Source: Terriglobia bacterium (GTDB taxonomy: Bacteria > Acidobacteriota > Terriglobia > 20CM-2-55-15). Taken from it: a DNA stretch of 64,000 nt. Positions 45,862-55,814 of this stretch are shown piece by piece. The notes below the pieces were generated by a model, which was not told the origin of the DNA, did no database searches, and saw only the letters and a program-made list of their open reading frames with translations. The stretch's first letter is position 1. Every line of letters starts with the position of its first letter. The position numbers were made by a program, and so were the translations under genes. The DNA lies in contig CBDHGK010000041.1 of NCBI GenBank assembly GCA_965263045.1, positions 5,894,002 to 5,958,001 of the forward strand, read 5' to 3'.

Positions 45862-46809
45862 TCAGCGGGCGGCCTCGGCCCGCTCCCGGGCGAGTTGGGC
45901 CTGAAAATCACGTTCCCGTTGTCCGAGACTTGCCCGGCACTGCTCCGGTGCGTAGAAGGGATTGGGCTGTTCGCCCGCGAGCAGGCGGTTCATTTTATCG
46001 ATGAGTCCGAAGCCATCCGCGTGCCCTTCCGTGAAGAAGTCGCAGGAGAGTTGCCTCGCCCTCCGCAGCGTGTCGGCATAGTCTTCAGCGATGGTGGGCC
46101 AGTCGGCGTTGTTGACGAACGGCTGCCGGATGCCCCCGATGCCGCCCCAGAACACGAACGTCCGACGCTGGCCGCCGTCGTCCACCTCTGTCGTCCAGGT
46201 CGTTGCGCCGCGGGTGTGCCCGGGAAAGACGTGGGCCGTTAATGTGGTGCCACCGAGCGTCACCGCGTCACCGGTCCGGATGTAGCGATCCGGTGTCACC
46301 GGCTTGAATCGTGGTGTTCCATCGGCGCCAACCCCGCCGCCTTCGGCCAGGGATGCCCCGTCGGCTTCCGACATCACCACCTGGGCACCGGTGAGTTCCT
46401 TCGTCACGCTATGGGCTTCAATGTGGTCCGCATGGGCGTGGGAGTTCAGCATAAATTTGATGTCCCGCATGTTGAAGCCCAGTTCTTCGATGTTTTGACG
46501 GATCCAGGGCGCGTCCCGCTCGTAGGTGCTGTCGATCAGAATATGCCCCTCGGGCGTCGCGATCAGGTACACAGTCATATCGGTTCCGCCGACGTAGTAG
46601 ATATTCCCGACGATCTTAAATGGCGTCACCTTTTCGCTGATCCGCCTTCCATCGGCGCCCCGCTCACCGCCCTGGCCGGACCCTGTCACGGCGGAGGCCA
46701 TCAGCAACACAAAAAGCACTGCCCGGAACAGGGTCCAGGGCGGTATCGAACCACGACGCCATCGAGTTTCGTAGCATCTTGAATCCATCGGGCACCTCCT
46801 GAAACTCAC
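45862..46809 (-). CDS. MBL-fold metallo-hydrolase (subclass B3-like)
   Basis: HAHADHIE (HxHxDH) motif. Signal peptide present. Confidence 0.75.
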   Translation of the reverse strand: MSFRRCPMDSRCYETRWRRGSIPPWTLFRAVLFVLLMASAVTGSGQGGERGADGRRISEKVTPFKIVGNIYYVGGTDMTVYLIATPEGHILIDSTYERDAPWIRQNIEELGFNMRDIKFMLNSHAHADHIEAHSVTKELTGAQVVMSEADGASLAEGGGVGADGTPRFKPVTPDRYIRTGDAVTLGGTTLTAHVFPGHTRGATTWTTEVDDGGQRRTFVFWGGIGGIRQPFVNNADWPTIAEDYADTLRRARQLSCDFFTEGHADGFGLIDKMNRLLAGEQPNPFYAPEQCRASLGQRERDFQAQLARERAEAAR

Positions 46810-46961
46810 TCTACTCAGTGAGGATAGTCAAAATCAGAACACTTTCGCAACGAGGTTTAGGGGAGATTAACGTTAGTGTGTGGGGATTCGGCAACTCAGG
46901 CAAGTGCCAACGCGGCTGAACAAGTCAACTCCAGAATTCCCGCTGAGATCCCGGAGAAGTT

Positions 46962-47171
46962 TCATAGTGCGATGATTTTGTCTCGGAGGAATTGGAGGCG
47001 AATCATCCCGGGCCGGTGGTCCGACTCAAAGTGACACTCGACACCGTCTCTCACAGCCAGTCGCAGGTCTTCCAGATTATCCGCTTCGGTGAAGACCGGC
47101 ACGAACAACGCCTTCGCCTCGTACCCGCCTTCGGTAGACTCCACAACCGAACAAATATTCTCGTCGGACAT
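46962..47171 (-). CDS. HicB-like antitoxin-fold protein (orphan)
   Basis: MSDENICSVVESTEGGYEAKALFVPVFTEADNLEDLRLAVRDGVECHF resembles the HicB/UPF0150 family. No HicA partner was recognised. The longer ORF extends to 47393. Confidence 0.4.
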   Translation of the reverse strand: MSDENICSVVESTEGGYEAKALFVPVFTEADNLEDLRLAVRDGVECHFESDHRPGMIRLQFLRDKIIAL

Positions 47172-47762
47172 ACCCAACCATTCTCCGATTGAAGAGCGTC
47201 GCACTATGCCGCCCCACACGCACTGACGTCGTATCGAAGCGATTTCGAGCTTCATCGGCGCCGGTTTCGATCGGAGCTTAGAATGAATATTCCTCAACGA
47301 CAGTTTGTGCTCTGCTCCCCAATTATCGATTGGTGCTCTGAGAGATCGTAAATCCTCTTTCAAGTGTAACGAAGTACGACACCCTCCAAACACCCTTCAA
47401 AATAGATACGAACTAAATTGAATCAATAACATAGACGATTCGGGCAGTTTGTATGCCGCCGGAATTACTTACGATTTCTCTGCGGTGTTTCAGAGCGCAT
47501 AATTTGCGTTTTGTCGGTTTGTGTTAAGCCTGACAGCGCTTAAAGTGTTGATACTAATACGGAACCGGTCATGGGAAAGTTCAGACACAAGCATATGGAT
47601 GAAGGATGGCCCTTGTCTTGCTTGTCATAATATTGACACTTATGACAGAATATTGACGAAAACATATATCGGCTGTGGGGCGGCAGTCCGGGTGAGTGCC
47701 GCCGATCATCGTCGCAGAAGACGGCCGTCTTTCAAAATCGTCAAACTTACAGGAAGCGATAC

Positions 47763-48488
47763 ATGACCAAAATCAACTTATTCATAGTGATGGGATTCTT
47801 GGCTGCAATGGTCTATGCCCCACCCGCATACAGCGATTCGTTCGGTTTCGAGGGCGTCACCCACGGAACGATATTGAATACCCAGTTTTCCGGTGTCACG
47901 ATCAGCGCGGTAAATCTGGGTGGTGGCCCGGACCTCGCGGTCGCGTTCGACACCACACAGATATCAACATCAGACCCGGACCTGGAAGACCCGTGGGCCG
48001 CTGGAAACTTGGCCTCCACGACAGCCCTGGGGAATATCCTCATCATCCAGGAAAACTCGACGGGTATCGGTGACGGCGTCGCTGACGATCCCGACGACGA
48101 AGGAAGTCGTCCGTCGGGTCAGTTGATTCTGGCCTTTCATTCTTCCTACAGCAGCTTCGGGTTCGATCTCGTCGATGTTGAAGACACAGTGGCGACTCCG
48201 GTGGGCGAACGAGGTTTTTTAGAGTTCTACAGCGGCGCCGCCCTGGTCAAGACGGTGCAATTTATGGACTTCTCAGCCGGTGGACTGCTCGACAATGGTG
48301 CGATTTACGGCAACCGTTCCGCGAACCGAATCACGGCCTTCAGTGTCGGGACATTTGACCGAGTTGTCGTCAACCTCGGTGGTTCCGGAGGTATCGACAA
48401 CATCCAGGTTCCCGAGCCCACGACGCTCTTACTCCTGAGCATGGGTTTGACGGGGCTCGCGCTTAGCCGCAAACGTCCCCGGAAATAG
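47763..48488 (+). CDS. PEP-CTERM sorting-domain secreted protein
   Basis: C-terminal VPEPTTLLLLSMGLTGLALSRKRPRK (PEP motif, TM helix, basic tail). N-terminal signal peptide. Confidence 0.8.
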   Translation: MTKINLFIVMGFLAAMVYAPPAYSDSFGFEGVTHGTILNTQFSGVTISAVNLGGGPDLAVAFDTTQISTSDPDLEDPWAAGNLASTTALGNILIIQENSTGIGDGVADDPDDEGSRPSGQLILAFHSSYSSFGFDLVDVEDTVATPVGERGFLEFYSGAALVKTVQFMDFSAGGLLDNGAIYGNRSANRITAFSVGTFDRVVVNLGGSGGIDNIQVPEPTTLLLLSMGLTGLALSRKRPRK

Positions 48489-48838
48489 TCAAGGATCAGG
48501 ATTGGGTGAATCTCATCCTTCGATCATATGGCCAGCCGTCGGAGTTTTGTCGCATAGGAACGCACACAAAAGGCGAAGAGCACACAGATCAAGCTGGCTA
48601 AGGTCGGAGGTGAAAGTTCCCGACCCCGCGTACTCGGGGTTCCAACTTCCGGCCGATCGTGCGGCCGGCCCGGGGGCGTACTGCCCGGCTCGGGTGAAAG
48701 TCAATATCCCCGCCCCATCCAACCACGCATTTTAGTCCCTGCCTGCGCTGTTTCTCGGCTCAATCTGATTCCGCCGTTCTGCCGCCTCAACTCAACGTAA
48801 GAGCTCAATAGGCGGGGACACCTTAGGCCGAAAGCCGA

Positions 48839-49897
48839 TCATTCCGCGGCAGATTCCACCGAAGCGAGATCCCTCGATACCTGCTGTAGGATCTTCAGTG
48901 AACGATGGCACGCAATGGGATCGAAAATTCGAACCGTTGTGATCAACTCGTCGGCACCGGTCTGCTCCAAGAAGTGGCCGACGCTCTGTCGCAGTGAATC
49001 GGGGGAACCCACGAACGCATATCGAAGCCTCCTCTCCACCGCCAGTTTCTCCTGCGGCGTCCAGTAGGCCTCGATATCGTCGACGGGCGGACCGAAGGGC
49101 TCCCGAAGACCACGCATCATATCTGTCGACGCCGCCTGTTGCGACGTGAACAGCCACCGGGCCTCGTCGTCCGTATCGGCCGCCACGACATTCATTCCGA
49201 CCATCGCATAGGGTTGGTCGAGATCATCCGATGGGCGAAAGCCTTTCCGGTAGGCTTCCAGCGCGTGCATCAGATAGTCGGGCGCAAAGTGAGATGCGAA
49301 GGCATAGGGAAGCCCGAGTTGGGCGGCCAATTGAGCGCTGAACAGACTCGATCCGAGCAACCAGACTGGAACCGACAACCCGGTGCCGGGAACGGCACGC
49401 ACACTCTGTTGGGGCAGGGCCGCACGGAAATACGACTGCAGCTCCAACACATCTCGCGGAAAATCGTTGTCGGAACCTGAGAGAGTGCGTCGTAAGGCGT
49501 GTGCTGTCCGACGGTCCGTACCCGGTGCACGACCCAGTGCCAGATCGATGCGGCCGGGGTAAAGGGATTCGAGAGTGCCGAAATGCTCGGCGATTACGAG
49601 GGGCGCGTGATTGGGCAGCATCACTCCGCCCGCGCCCACGCGAATCTTTTCGGTTGCACCTGCGACGTGCCCGATCAGGACGCTGGTCGCCGCGCTCCCG
49701 ATCCCGCTCATGTTGTGATGTTCAGCGAGCCAGTATCGTTTGTAGTCCAGCTTTTCCGCCAGTTGTGCCTGCTCGCGCATCAGGTGGAAAGCGTGGCGGG
49801 CATCGCCGCCCGCCCGGATCGGGGCCAGGTCCAGTATCGAAATCGGAGTCACAATCGCTAATTCACAGCCCGCGGGGCCTTTTGACGCGGGAGGCAA
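48839..49897 (-). CDS. LLM-class (luciferase-like) flavin-dependent oxidoreductase
   Basis: TIM-barrel LLM family sequence (ISILDLAPI..., [18 protein letters not shown]). Confidence 0.75.
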   Translation of the reverse strand: MPPASKGPAGCELAIVTPISILDLAPIRAGGDARHAFHLMREQAQLAEKLDYKRYWLAEHHNMSGIGSAATSVLIGHVAGATEKIRVGAGGVMLPNHAPLVIAEHFGTLESLYPGRIDLALGRAPGTDRRTAHALRRTLSGSDNDFPRDVLELQSYFRAALPQQSVRAVPGTGLSVPVWLLGSSLFSAQLAAQLGLPYAFASHFAPDYLMHALEAYRKGFRPSDDLDQPYAMVGMNVVAADTDDEARWLFTSQQAASTDMMRGLREPFGPPVDDIEAYWTPQEKLAVERRLRYAFVGSPDSLRQSVGHFLEQTGADELITTVRIFDPIACHRSLKILQQVSRDLASVESAAE

Positions 49898-50113
49898 CCT
49901 CTTCGGGTTTGGCGGCGGGTCCGATCACCGTTGAATCAGACTACAGATTGGAACTGACGTCAATCCGGAGGTCACATCGATGCAAAACCTGCGGTTCCGA
50001 TCGCGTTCGCGATTCCCCGGTTCTTAGATCCCCGTCCCATTGGCCGGAGCCGTAGACTAATGTGGTGAGTACTGGCATAATCGCCGTCAAACGATGGAAC
50101 AGGGGGCTGACTG

Positions 50114-50779
50114 ATGAGCGAATCGCGACGCTTGGCACTATTGATTTCCGTTACGTTGTGTTTGGTTACGATCCCACCCCGGGCATTCGCACAAGAAGGA
50201 CCGTATCCGTCCGAATCCGGCAAGATTGAGTACACGGTCGAAGGGGTGCAAAGTGGCACCATGATCCGCTATTGGAGAAATTGGGGATTCGAGCGGGCCG
50301 AGTTTAACGATTTGAGCGTGTCGATGTTCGGAATCAGTCAGGTGACCCGCACCCATACCATCACCAACGCCGATACCGTGACCAGCATCGATTTGACGGA
50401 CAACACCGCGACTCAAATCCAGAACCCGGTATCCGACTTTTACGACATGTCGCCGGACGAATTGGAGAACCTCAATCAGACGATGATGCAGAACCTGGGC
50501 GGGCAACTGACCGGCACCGAAGTGATTGCGGGTCAGGAGTGTGAAGTCTGGGAAGTGGCCTCGATCGGGGGGAATATGTGCTTGTGGAGCGGCGTGGAGC
50601 TTCGGAATTCCGGTGGGCTCGGCGGCATTTCGGTCACGATGACGGCGACCCTCATTGATACGAGCGATCCGGGCGAGGAGCCTTTCACGGTTCCCGCTGG
50701 CGTCACATTTTCCACGCCGGGAGCCGGCACCCCCAACATTCCCAACCTCGAGGATCTGCTGCAGGGCCTGGGCCAGTAA
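50114..50779 (+). CDS. Hypothetical secreted protein
   Basis: Signal peptide MSESRRLALLISVTLCLVTIPPRAFAQ. No recognised domain. Confidence 0.4.
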   Translation: MSESRRLALLISVTLCLVTIPPRAFAQEGPYPSESGKIEYTVEGVQSGTMIRYWRNWGFERAEFNDLSVSMFGISQVTRTHTITNADTVTSIDLTDNTATQIQNPVSDFYDMSPDELENLNQTMMQNLGGQLTGTEVIAGQECEVWEVASIGGNMCLWSGVELRNSGGLGGISVTMTATLIDTSDPGEEPFTVPAGVTFSTPGAGTPNIPNLEDLLQGLGQ

Positions 50780-50785
50780 GCGGAT

Positions 50786-51130
50786 TCAGCCAAACACGCG
50801 GGTGTAGGTGGGCTCGTCGAATCCGACGATCAATGTCCTGCCCTGTCGAAGCGCCGGGGCCCGGAGCTTCCCATTACGGCAGATGGCTTTCAACAGGTCG
50901 TCCGGCCCCGGTTTCTGTTTTCTGAGATCGAAAAAGACCACTTTCTTACCGACACAGGCATAGATTTGATCGACCTGATTGATCAGGTCCAGGACCTCTG
51001 CTGCCCGAACAGCAACCTTCCGTGCGTTCACCTCTGCCTTGATTTCAACTTTGTGTTGCGCAAGAAACTCCTGCGTCCGTCCACAGGTCTTTCAAGAGGG
51101 TCGATGATAACTCCAGTCCAACTGAGGCAT
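50786..51130 (-). CDS. ArsC/Spx-family (glutaredoxin-fold) selenoprotein with UxxC motif. In-frame UGA at 51094..51092 read as selenocysteine.
   Basis: The ORF track lists only 50786..51031 (GTG start). The frame continues upstream across a single TGA to an ATG at 51130. That gives MPQLDWSYHRPS-U-KTCGRTQEFLAQHKVEIKAEV..., which aligns the UGA with the catalytic Cys of ArsC (YHNPRCSKSR). Length 114 aa matches ArsC/Spx. Confidence 0.65.
51070..51087 (-). promoter_or_regulatory. Candidate SECIS hairpin for the ArsC-like selenoprotein
   Basis: mRNA reads UGA-AAGA-CCUGUG-GACGGA-CGCAGG: a 6-bp stem with a 6-nt G-rich loop, starting 4 nt after the UGA. The stem is short, so confidence is low. Confidence 0.3.
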
Positions 51131-51575
51131 GGTCCCTACTCCGGGTTGCAGGCCTGGTTTTGGAGACAGACCAAATCAGGCGTATCGCGATCCCTACCGG
51201 ACCCTGTGATTGCAGTTCGGCGGGACGCATAATGACGGGGGATGATTCCTGTTGTCAGTCCCTCCCGCGGATCAGTATAGCAAGCGGCTTTCGGCGTGCA
51301 GGATCTCCGGTTCCAGCCGCGAGTCTCTGTCTTGCCACCGCCGTCGGGTTTCGTGCAGCCTAACAGACGCCTCACCCCGCTACTCCCAGAGTGTGTCGTG
51401 CCGTGCCCTGCGGACACTACCGGTCCCGAATATGCCGGTTACAGTGATCTTGCCCGATCGTGGCGCTATGATAACGATCGGCGGCGGAACTGGGCGCGGC
51501 GGGCCCAGGCGGGAACGGTGCCAGACCGCGTTGCCCGCCGGCAGGAATCAGATGCTCGATAAACACTAATAGAGG

Positions 51576-53573
51576 TTGCGTGTCATGAATGAGAAGAAAA
51601 ATTCGCTGAAGTGGTACCGGGTGGCGGACGTCGACGAACTCGGGTCGGGCCGTGTGAAAACCGTAACGGCGGACACGCAATCGATGGCGCTGACCCACGT
51701 CAACGGTGAGTTCACCGCGATGGATAACCGGTGCCCACATCAGGGAGGTCCACTCGGCGAAGGGTCCATCGAAGTCGGCGTCGATGATCAGTGCTGGTTG
51801 CGCTGCCCCTGGCACGGTTGGGACTTCGACCCGCAGACGGGCCGACCGCCGGGCGGACACGAGGACAGCGGTCAAACCCTCTATCCCCTTGAAGTGCGGT
51901 CAGACGGTATTTATGTCGGGCTTCCGACTGAGGTGCCCCGGGTCGACACCGTCACCGACGTCATGGCTGAAACGATGACGAACTGGGGCGTGGGCACCGT
52001 CTTTGGGATGGTGGGCCACTCGAACCTGGGACTGGCCGACGCACTGCGTCTCCAGGAGGAGAAAGGCCGCCTGAAATACTACGGGGTCCGTCACGAAGGT
52101 GCGGCTGCCTTCGCCTGCTCCGGCTATGCGAAGCTTACGGGCCGGCCCGCAGCCTGTCTGACGATCGCCGGTCCGGGTGCGACCAACCTGATGACCGGGC
52201 TCTGGGATGCGAAAGTGGACCGGGCGCCGGTTCTGGCACTGACCGGTCAGGTTGATGTGCAGGTCCTCGGACCCGGGGCTTTTCAGGAAATCGATCTCGC
52301 GGCAGCATTCGCACCCGTGGCCCGCTTCAGTCAAACCGTGCTCCATACCTCCAAACATGCGGAGCTGATGACGCTGGCGTGCAAGAGCGCCATCGTCGAA
52401 CGCGATGTGGCCCACTTGATCTTTCCCGACGACGTCCAGACCCTTCCCGCCTCGGAGTCGGGCCGCGCCTCAACTCCAGATGGCCGGGTGTCCGTTCCAA
52501 CAATTGCACCCGACGACGCGGTACTGAATGACGCGATTGCCCGGATCAACAAATCGGCGCGACCCATCATCGTCGTCGGCTATGGGGCGCGCGACACGAT
52601 GGGCGACATTGTCGACCTGGCCGAGCGACTGCACTCGCCCGTCCTGACGACGTTCAAAGCCAAGGGCCAGATCGCCGATCATCATCCCCTGGCCGCGGGT
52701 GTCCTGGGCCGTTCGGGAACGCCCGTGGCGAGTTGGTTCATGAACGAGTGCGACCTGATCCTGGCCCTGGGGGCCTCGTTTTCCAACCACACGGGAATCA
52801 CCCCGACGAAACCCATCATCCAGGTCGATTTCGATCGCATGGCACTGGGCAAGTTTCATCCCGTGACGGTGCCGCTGTGGGGGGAAATCGGCGTCACATC
52901 CCGACGCATGGCCGACAGGATCTCCCAGCCAGCCGGGTCCATCGACCAGCGGCCCGAACTCGTCGAACGCTGGGCGATCTGGCGCGAGGAAAAACGGAGC
53001 CGGATCAACGATGATCAGGGCCGGGGACTAAATTCTGCGGCCGTCTTCGCCGCGCTCACAACTGCGATTCCTGCCGACGCCATTATCGCCGTCGATGTCG
53101 GAAACAATACGTATTCTTTCGGGCGGTACTTTGAATGTCAGGACCAGCGGATCCTGATGTCGGGCTATCTGGGCTCCATCGGGTTTTCGTTTCCCGCGGC
53201 AATGGGCGCGTGGGCTGCGACCGAGGACGGCGACGCATACAGAGGACGCAAAGTCGTGTCTGTCAGCGGCGATGGCGGATTCGGTCAGTACATGGGTGAA
53301 TTTACAACGGCCGTTAAATATGGCATGAACATCACCCACGTCCTGCTCAACAACTCACAGCTCGGCAAGATTTCCAAAGAACAGCGTGCCGGTGAGTGGC
53401 CCGTGTGGCAAACGGCGCTGCACAACCCCAGTTTCGCCAGCTACGCCCGGGAGTGTGGCGGCAAAGGCGTGCGGGTGACTCGGTCGGAAGAACTCGCTCC
53501 GGCACTGGCCGAGGCCCTGGCCCATCCTGGCCCCGCACTCGTTGAGATTGTCACTGATGCCGACCTGATTTAG
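51576..53573 (+). CDS. Fusion protein: N-terminal Rieske [2Fe-2S] domain plus thiamine-diphosphate-dependent enzyme (POX/ALS family)
   Basis: The Rieske CxH...CxxH block is CPHQGGP...CPWHGW. It is followed by all three domains of a TPP enzyme: N-terminal Pyr (GVGTVFGMVGHSN), central, and C-terminal PP with GDGGFGQYMGEF. Confidence 0.75.
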   Translation: MRVMNEKKNSLKWYRVADVDELGSGRVKTVTADTQSMALTHVNGEFTAMDNRCPHQGGPLGEGSIEVGVDDQCWLRCPWHGWDFDPQTGRPPGGHEDSGQTLYPLEVRSDGIYVGLPTEVPRVDTVTDVMAETMTNWGVGTVFGMVGHSNLGLADALRLQEEKGRLKYYGVRHEGAAAFACSGYAKLTGRPAACLTIAGPGATNLMTGLWDAKVDRAPVLALTGQVDVQVLGPGAFQEIDLAAAFAPVARFSQTVLHTSKHAELMTLACKSAIVERDVAHLIFPDDVQTLPASESGRASTPDGRVSVPTIAPDDAVLNDAIARINKSARPIIVVGYGARDTMGDIVDLAERLHSPVLTTFKAKGQIADHHPLAAGVLGRSGTPVASWFMNECDLILALGASFSNHTGITPTKPIIQVDFDRMALGKFHPVTVPLWGEIGVTSRRMADRISQPAGSIDQRPELVERWAIWREEKRSRINDDQGRGLNSAAVFAALTTAIPADAIIAVDVGNNTYSFGRYFECQDQRILMSGYLGSIGFSFPAAMGAWAATEDGDAYRGRKVVSVSGDGGFGQYMGEFTTAVKYGMNITHVLLNNSQLGKISKEQRAGEWPVWQTALHNPSFASYARECGGKGVRVTRSEELAPALAEALAHPGPALVEIVTDADLI

Positions 53574-53715
53574 AAATGCGGGCGCACGGGCGCCCGTTGA
53601 GAGATCCCTCGGCCCGGGCGCACCACAGACCGCGATCGATTGACCCGCGACGGTTCAGCGCACGTTGTTCAGGGTCCTGGGCTCCGCCCCGCGGAGCTTC
53701 GCGTACACTGGAACC

Positions 53716-54645
53716 ATGAACGCCCCCCCGAAGGTTGTCGTGATCGGCCCTGGCGCCGTAGGCGGATACTTTGGCGGCAAGCTGGCCCTCAATGGAGCAG
53801 GGCTGACGCTGGTGGGACGGCCGGGACTTCGGGGTGCTCACATGGAGACGCTCGCACGCGACGGCCTGCGCATCGAGGCACGCGATCTGGAGGCGACCAT
53901 TCCGGTCAAGGTCACCGACGACCCCAGCGTGGTTGGTGATGCCGACCTGATACTCGTCGCCGTGAAAACGCTGGACACTCCCGCGGCTGCCCGCGCTATC
54001 GCGCCCCACCTCCCTCCGGACGCCATTGTCGTCAGTTTGCAGAATGGGGTCGACAACGTCGATCGACTGGCAGCGGGTGGGGTGGATGCCCTCCCGGGGG
54101 TGGTCTACGTTGCCGTCGCCATCGACAGTCCCGGTGTGGTCACACACCGGGGCCGTGGCGATCTGGTGATTGGGCATGCCACCCGCGCGGATGACGTGCA
54201 GCGTGTGGCCGACTGGTTCGAGTCGGCCGGCGTGCCCAGTCGTGTGTCCGACCGGATCGAAGCAGAATTGTGGGGCAAGCTGGTGATCAACGCCATGGCC
54301 AACGCCATCAGCGCGTTGACCGGCGCGCCCTACGCCACCGTTGCGGGACACGAACCGTCGATGGGTGTGGCGATGGACGTCGCCGCCGAGGCCTTCCGCG
54401 TTGCGCGCGCGGCGGGGATCGGGCTGGATGAGGCAGCGGTCACCGCCGAGGCGGCGACGATCTACGGAGCGATGGGCCAGGCAACCTCCTCCACACAGCA
54501 GGATATCGCGCGGGGTAAACCCACCGAGATCGACGCGCTCAACGGCGTGATCGCACTGAAGGGAAAGGCCTTGGGTGTTCCCACCCCCGTCAACCGGGCC
54601 CTGTGGGCTCTTGTTTCTCTGCGTGAACAGATCGAGGCGCGCTGA
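53716..54645 (+). CDS. panE: 2-dehydropantoate 2-reductase family (ketopantoate reductase-like) oxidoreductase
   Basis: Rossmann VVVIGPGAVGGYFGGKLA, and an ApbA/PanE family C-terminal domain. Confidence 0.7.
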   Translation: MNAPPKVVVIGPGAVGGYFGGKLALNGAGLTLVGRPGLRGAHMETLARDGLRIEARDLEATIPVKVTDDPSVVGDADLILVAVKTLDTPAAARAIAPHLPPDAIVVSLQNGVDNVDRLAAGGVDALPGVVYVAVAIDSPGVVTHRGRGDLVIGHATRADDVQRVADWFESAGVPSRVSDRIEAELWGKLVINAMANAISALTGAPYATVAGHEPSMGVAMDVAAEAFRVARAAGIGLDEAAVTAEAATIYGAMGQATSSTQQDIARGKPTEIDALNGVIALKGKALGVPTPVNRALWALVSLREQIEAR

Positions 54646-54799
54646 AGCGTACGACAATCAGGCCAGGGGTTGATCTTTCCTACCCCAGCCGGAATCACGC
54701 CGTCATCGGCCAACTGGTCTTTGGCCGGGCTTCGCGCGGAGCAGCAGGACGTCGCTGCTTTCTGTGCCCCTCATCAGCCGCGCCGTCTACATCGACTGC

Positions 54800-55255
54800 T
54801 TATGCCGACCCTCGCTGCTCAATCTGCTTCACGTGATGCCGCAGATGGTCCAGATAGTCCTCGACCAGAAAGCCCAGTGTGACCGGATCGCCCGACCCGA
54901 TGCGGCACTGTATGCTGAGTGAACCTTCCGGAATACGTCGGATCGTTTTGGAAAGCTGACGGTTGGACAGAACCCAGAAGTCGATCAACTCCAGCCACGG
55001 GTGATCCTGGTAGCCCTGCAGTTGGACCCACGCGTCCTGAGCGTATCCCGGAAACTCGAACTCGGCCACCTGTTGAGCCCGGACGAATCGTTGCTGATTA
55101 TTGGCGGCCGAGTCGACCAGATGCCCGACGATTTCCTTGGTAGACCACGCTTCAGGCCGTGGTTTGGCGGCGGCGTCCGCATCCCCGATGGCTCTGAGAC
55201 GAATCGCGACTTCGTCCACTTCGGAAACGAGCTTATCTGCCAATTGTTGAACCAT
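54800..55255 (-). CDS. DinB/YfiT-like family protein
   Basis: 151 aa four-helix bundle with His-containing blocks typical of DinB_2. Confidence 0.55.
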   Translation of the reverse strand: MVQQLADKLVSEVDEVAIRLRAIGDADAAAKPRPEAWSTKEIVGHLVDSAANNQQRFVRAQQVAEFEFPGYAQDAWVQLQGYQDHPWLELIDFWVLSNRQLSKTIRRIPEGSLSIQCRIGSGDPVTLGFLVEDYLDHLRHHVKQIEQRGSA

Positions 55256-55337
55256 GTGTCACCTGCCATGCGAAGCGGCATAGCGGACTGGGGCTGACAG
55301 GCGGGCCGTCAGCACCAGTCAAGAGCAATCCGCCTCT

Positions 55338-55814
55338 CTATTCCCCAAGAGTCCGATACTTCCCACCATAAAAGAGCAGGGGCTCTCCCCCACCCAGATC
55401 GCCTCCGACCACTTCACCGACGAACATATCGTGATCCCCGGCTTCAAGGACGCCGGTCAATTTGCAGTCCAGATATCCCAGCGTGTCTTTAAGAATCGGC
55501 GCTCCGGTCCCGGAGTCGGTCCACTCCAGGCCCGTGAAGTCTTTCGGACCCGGTGTGGCAAAACGTGTGGATATATCTTCCTGGCTTTGAGTCAGGATAT
55601 TGATCGCGTAACACTGCCCGTCGTTCAGACATCGGTGGATCATCGCTTTCTTTTCCACCGAGACCACAACCAGCGGAGGATCCAGCGAGAGCGACATGAC
55701 CGCGTTGGCCGTCATCGCTGTAATTTCACCATCGCCATATCGGGTGGTCACCACCGTCACACCTGTCGCGAACTGTCCCATGATCTGCCGTAGCAACTTA
55801 GCGTCAAATGCCAT
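55338..55814 (-). CDS. Flavin reductase family protein (NAD(P)H:flavin oxidoreductase, split-barrel)
   Basis: GQFATGVTVVTT...AMTANAVMSLSLDPPLVVVSV family block. 158 aa from MAFDAKL. The longer ORF extends to 56066. Confidence 0.7.
   Translation of the reverse strand: MAFDAKLLRQIMGQFATGVTVVTTRYGDGEITAMTANAVMSLSLDPPLVVVSVEKKAMIHRCLNDGQCYAINILTQSQEDISTRFATPGPKDFTGLEWTDSGTGAPILKDTLGYLDCKLTGVLEAGDHDMFVGEVVGGDLGGGEPLLFYGGKYRTLGE

Noticed and set aside
45621-46004. 127-aa plus-strand ORF between the outer-membrane-like gene and the MBL hydrolase gene
   Set aside because: It overlaps the 3' end of the MBL gene and has no recognisable features. It is probably intergenic and antisense.
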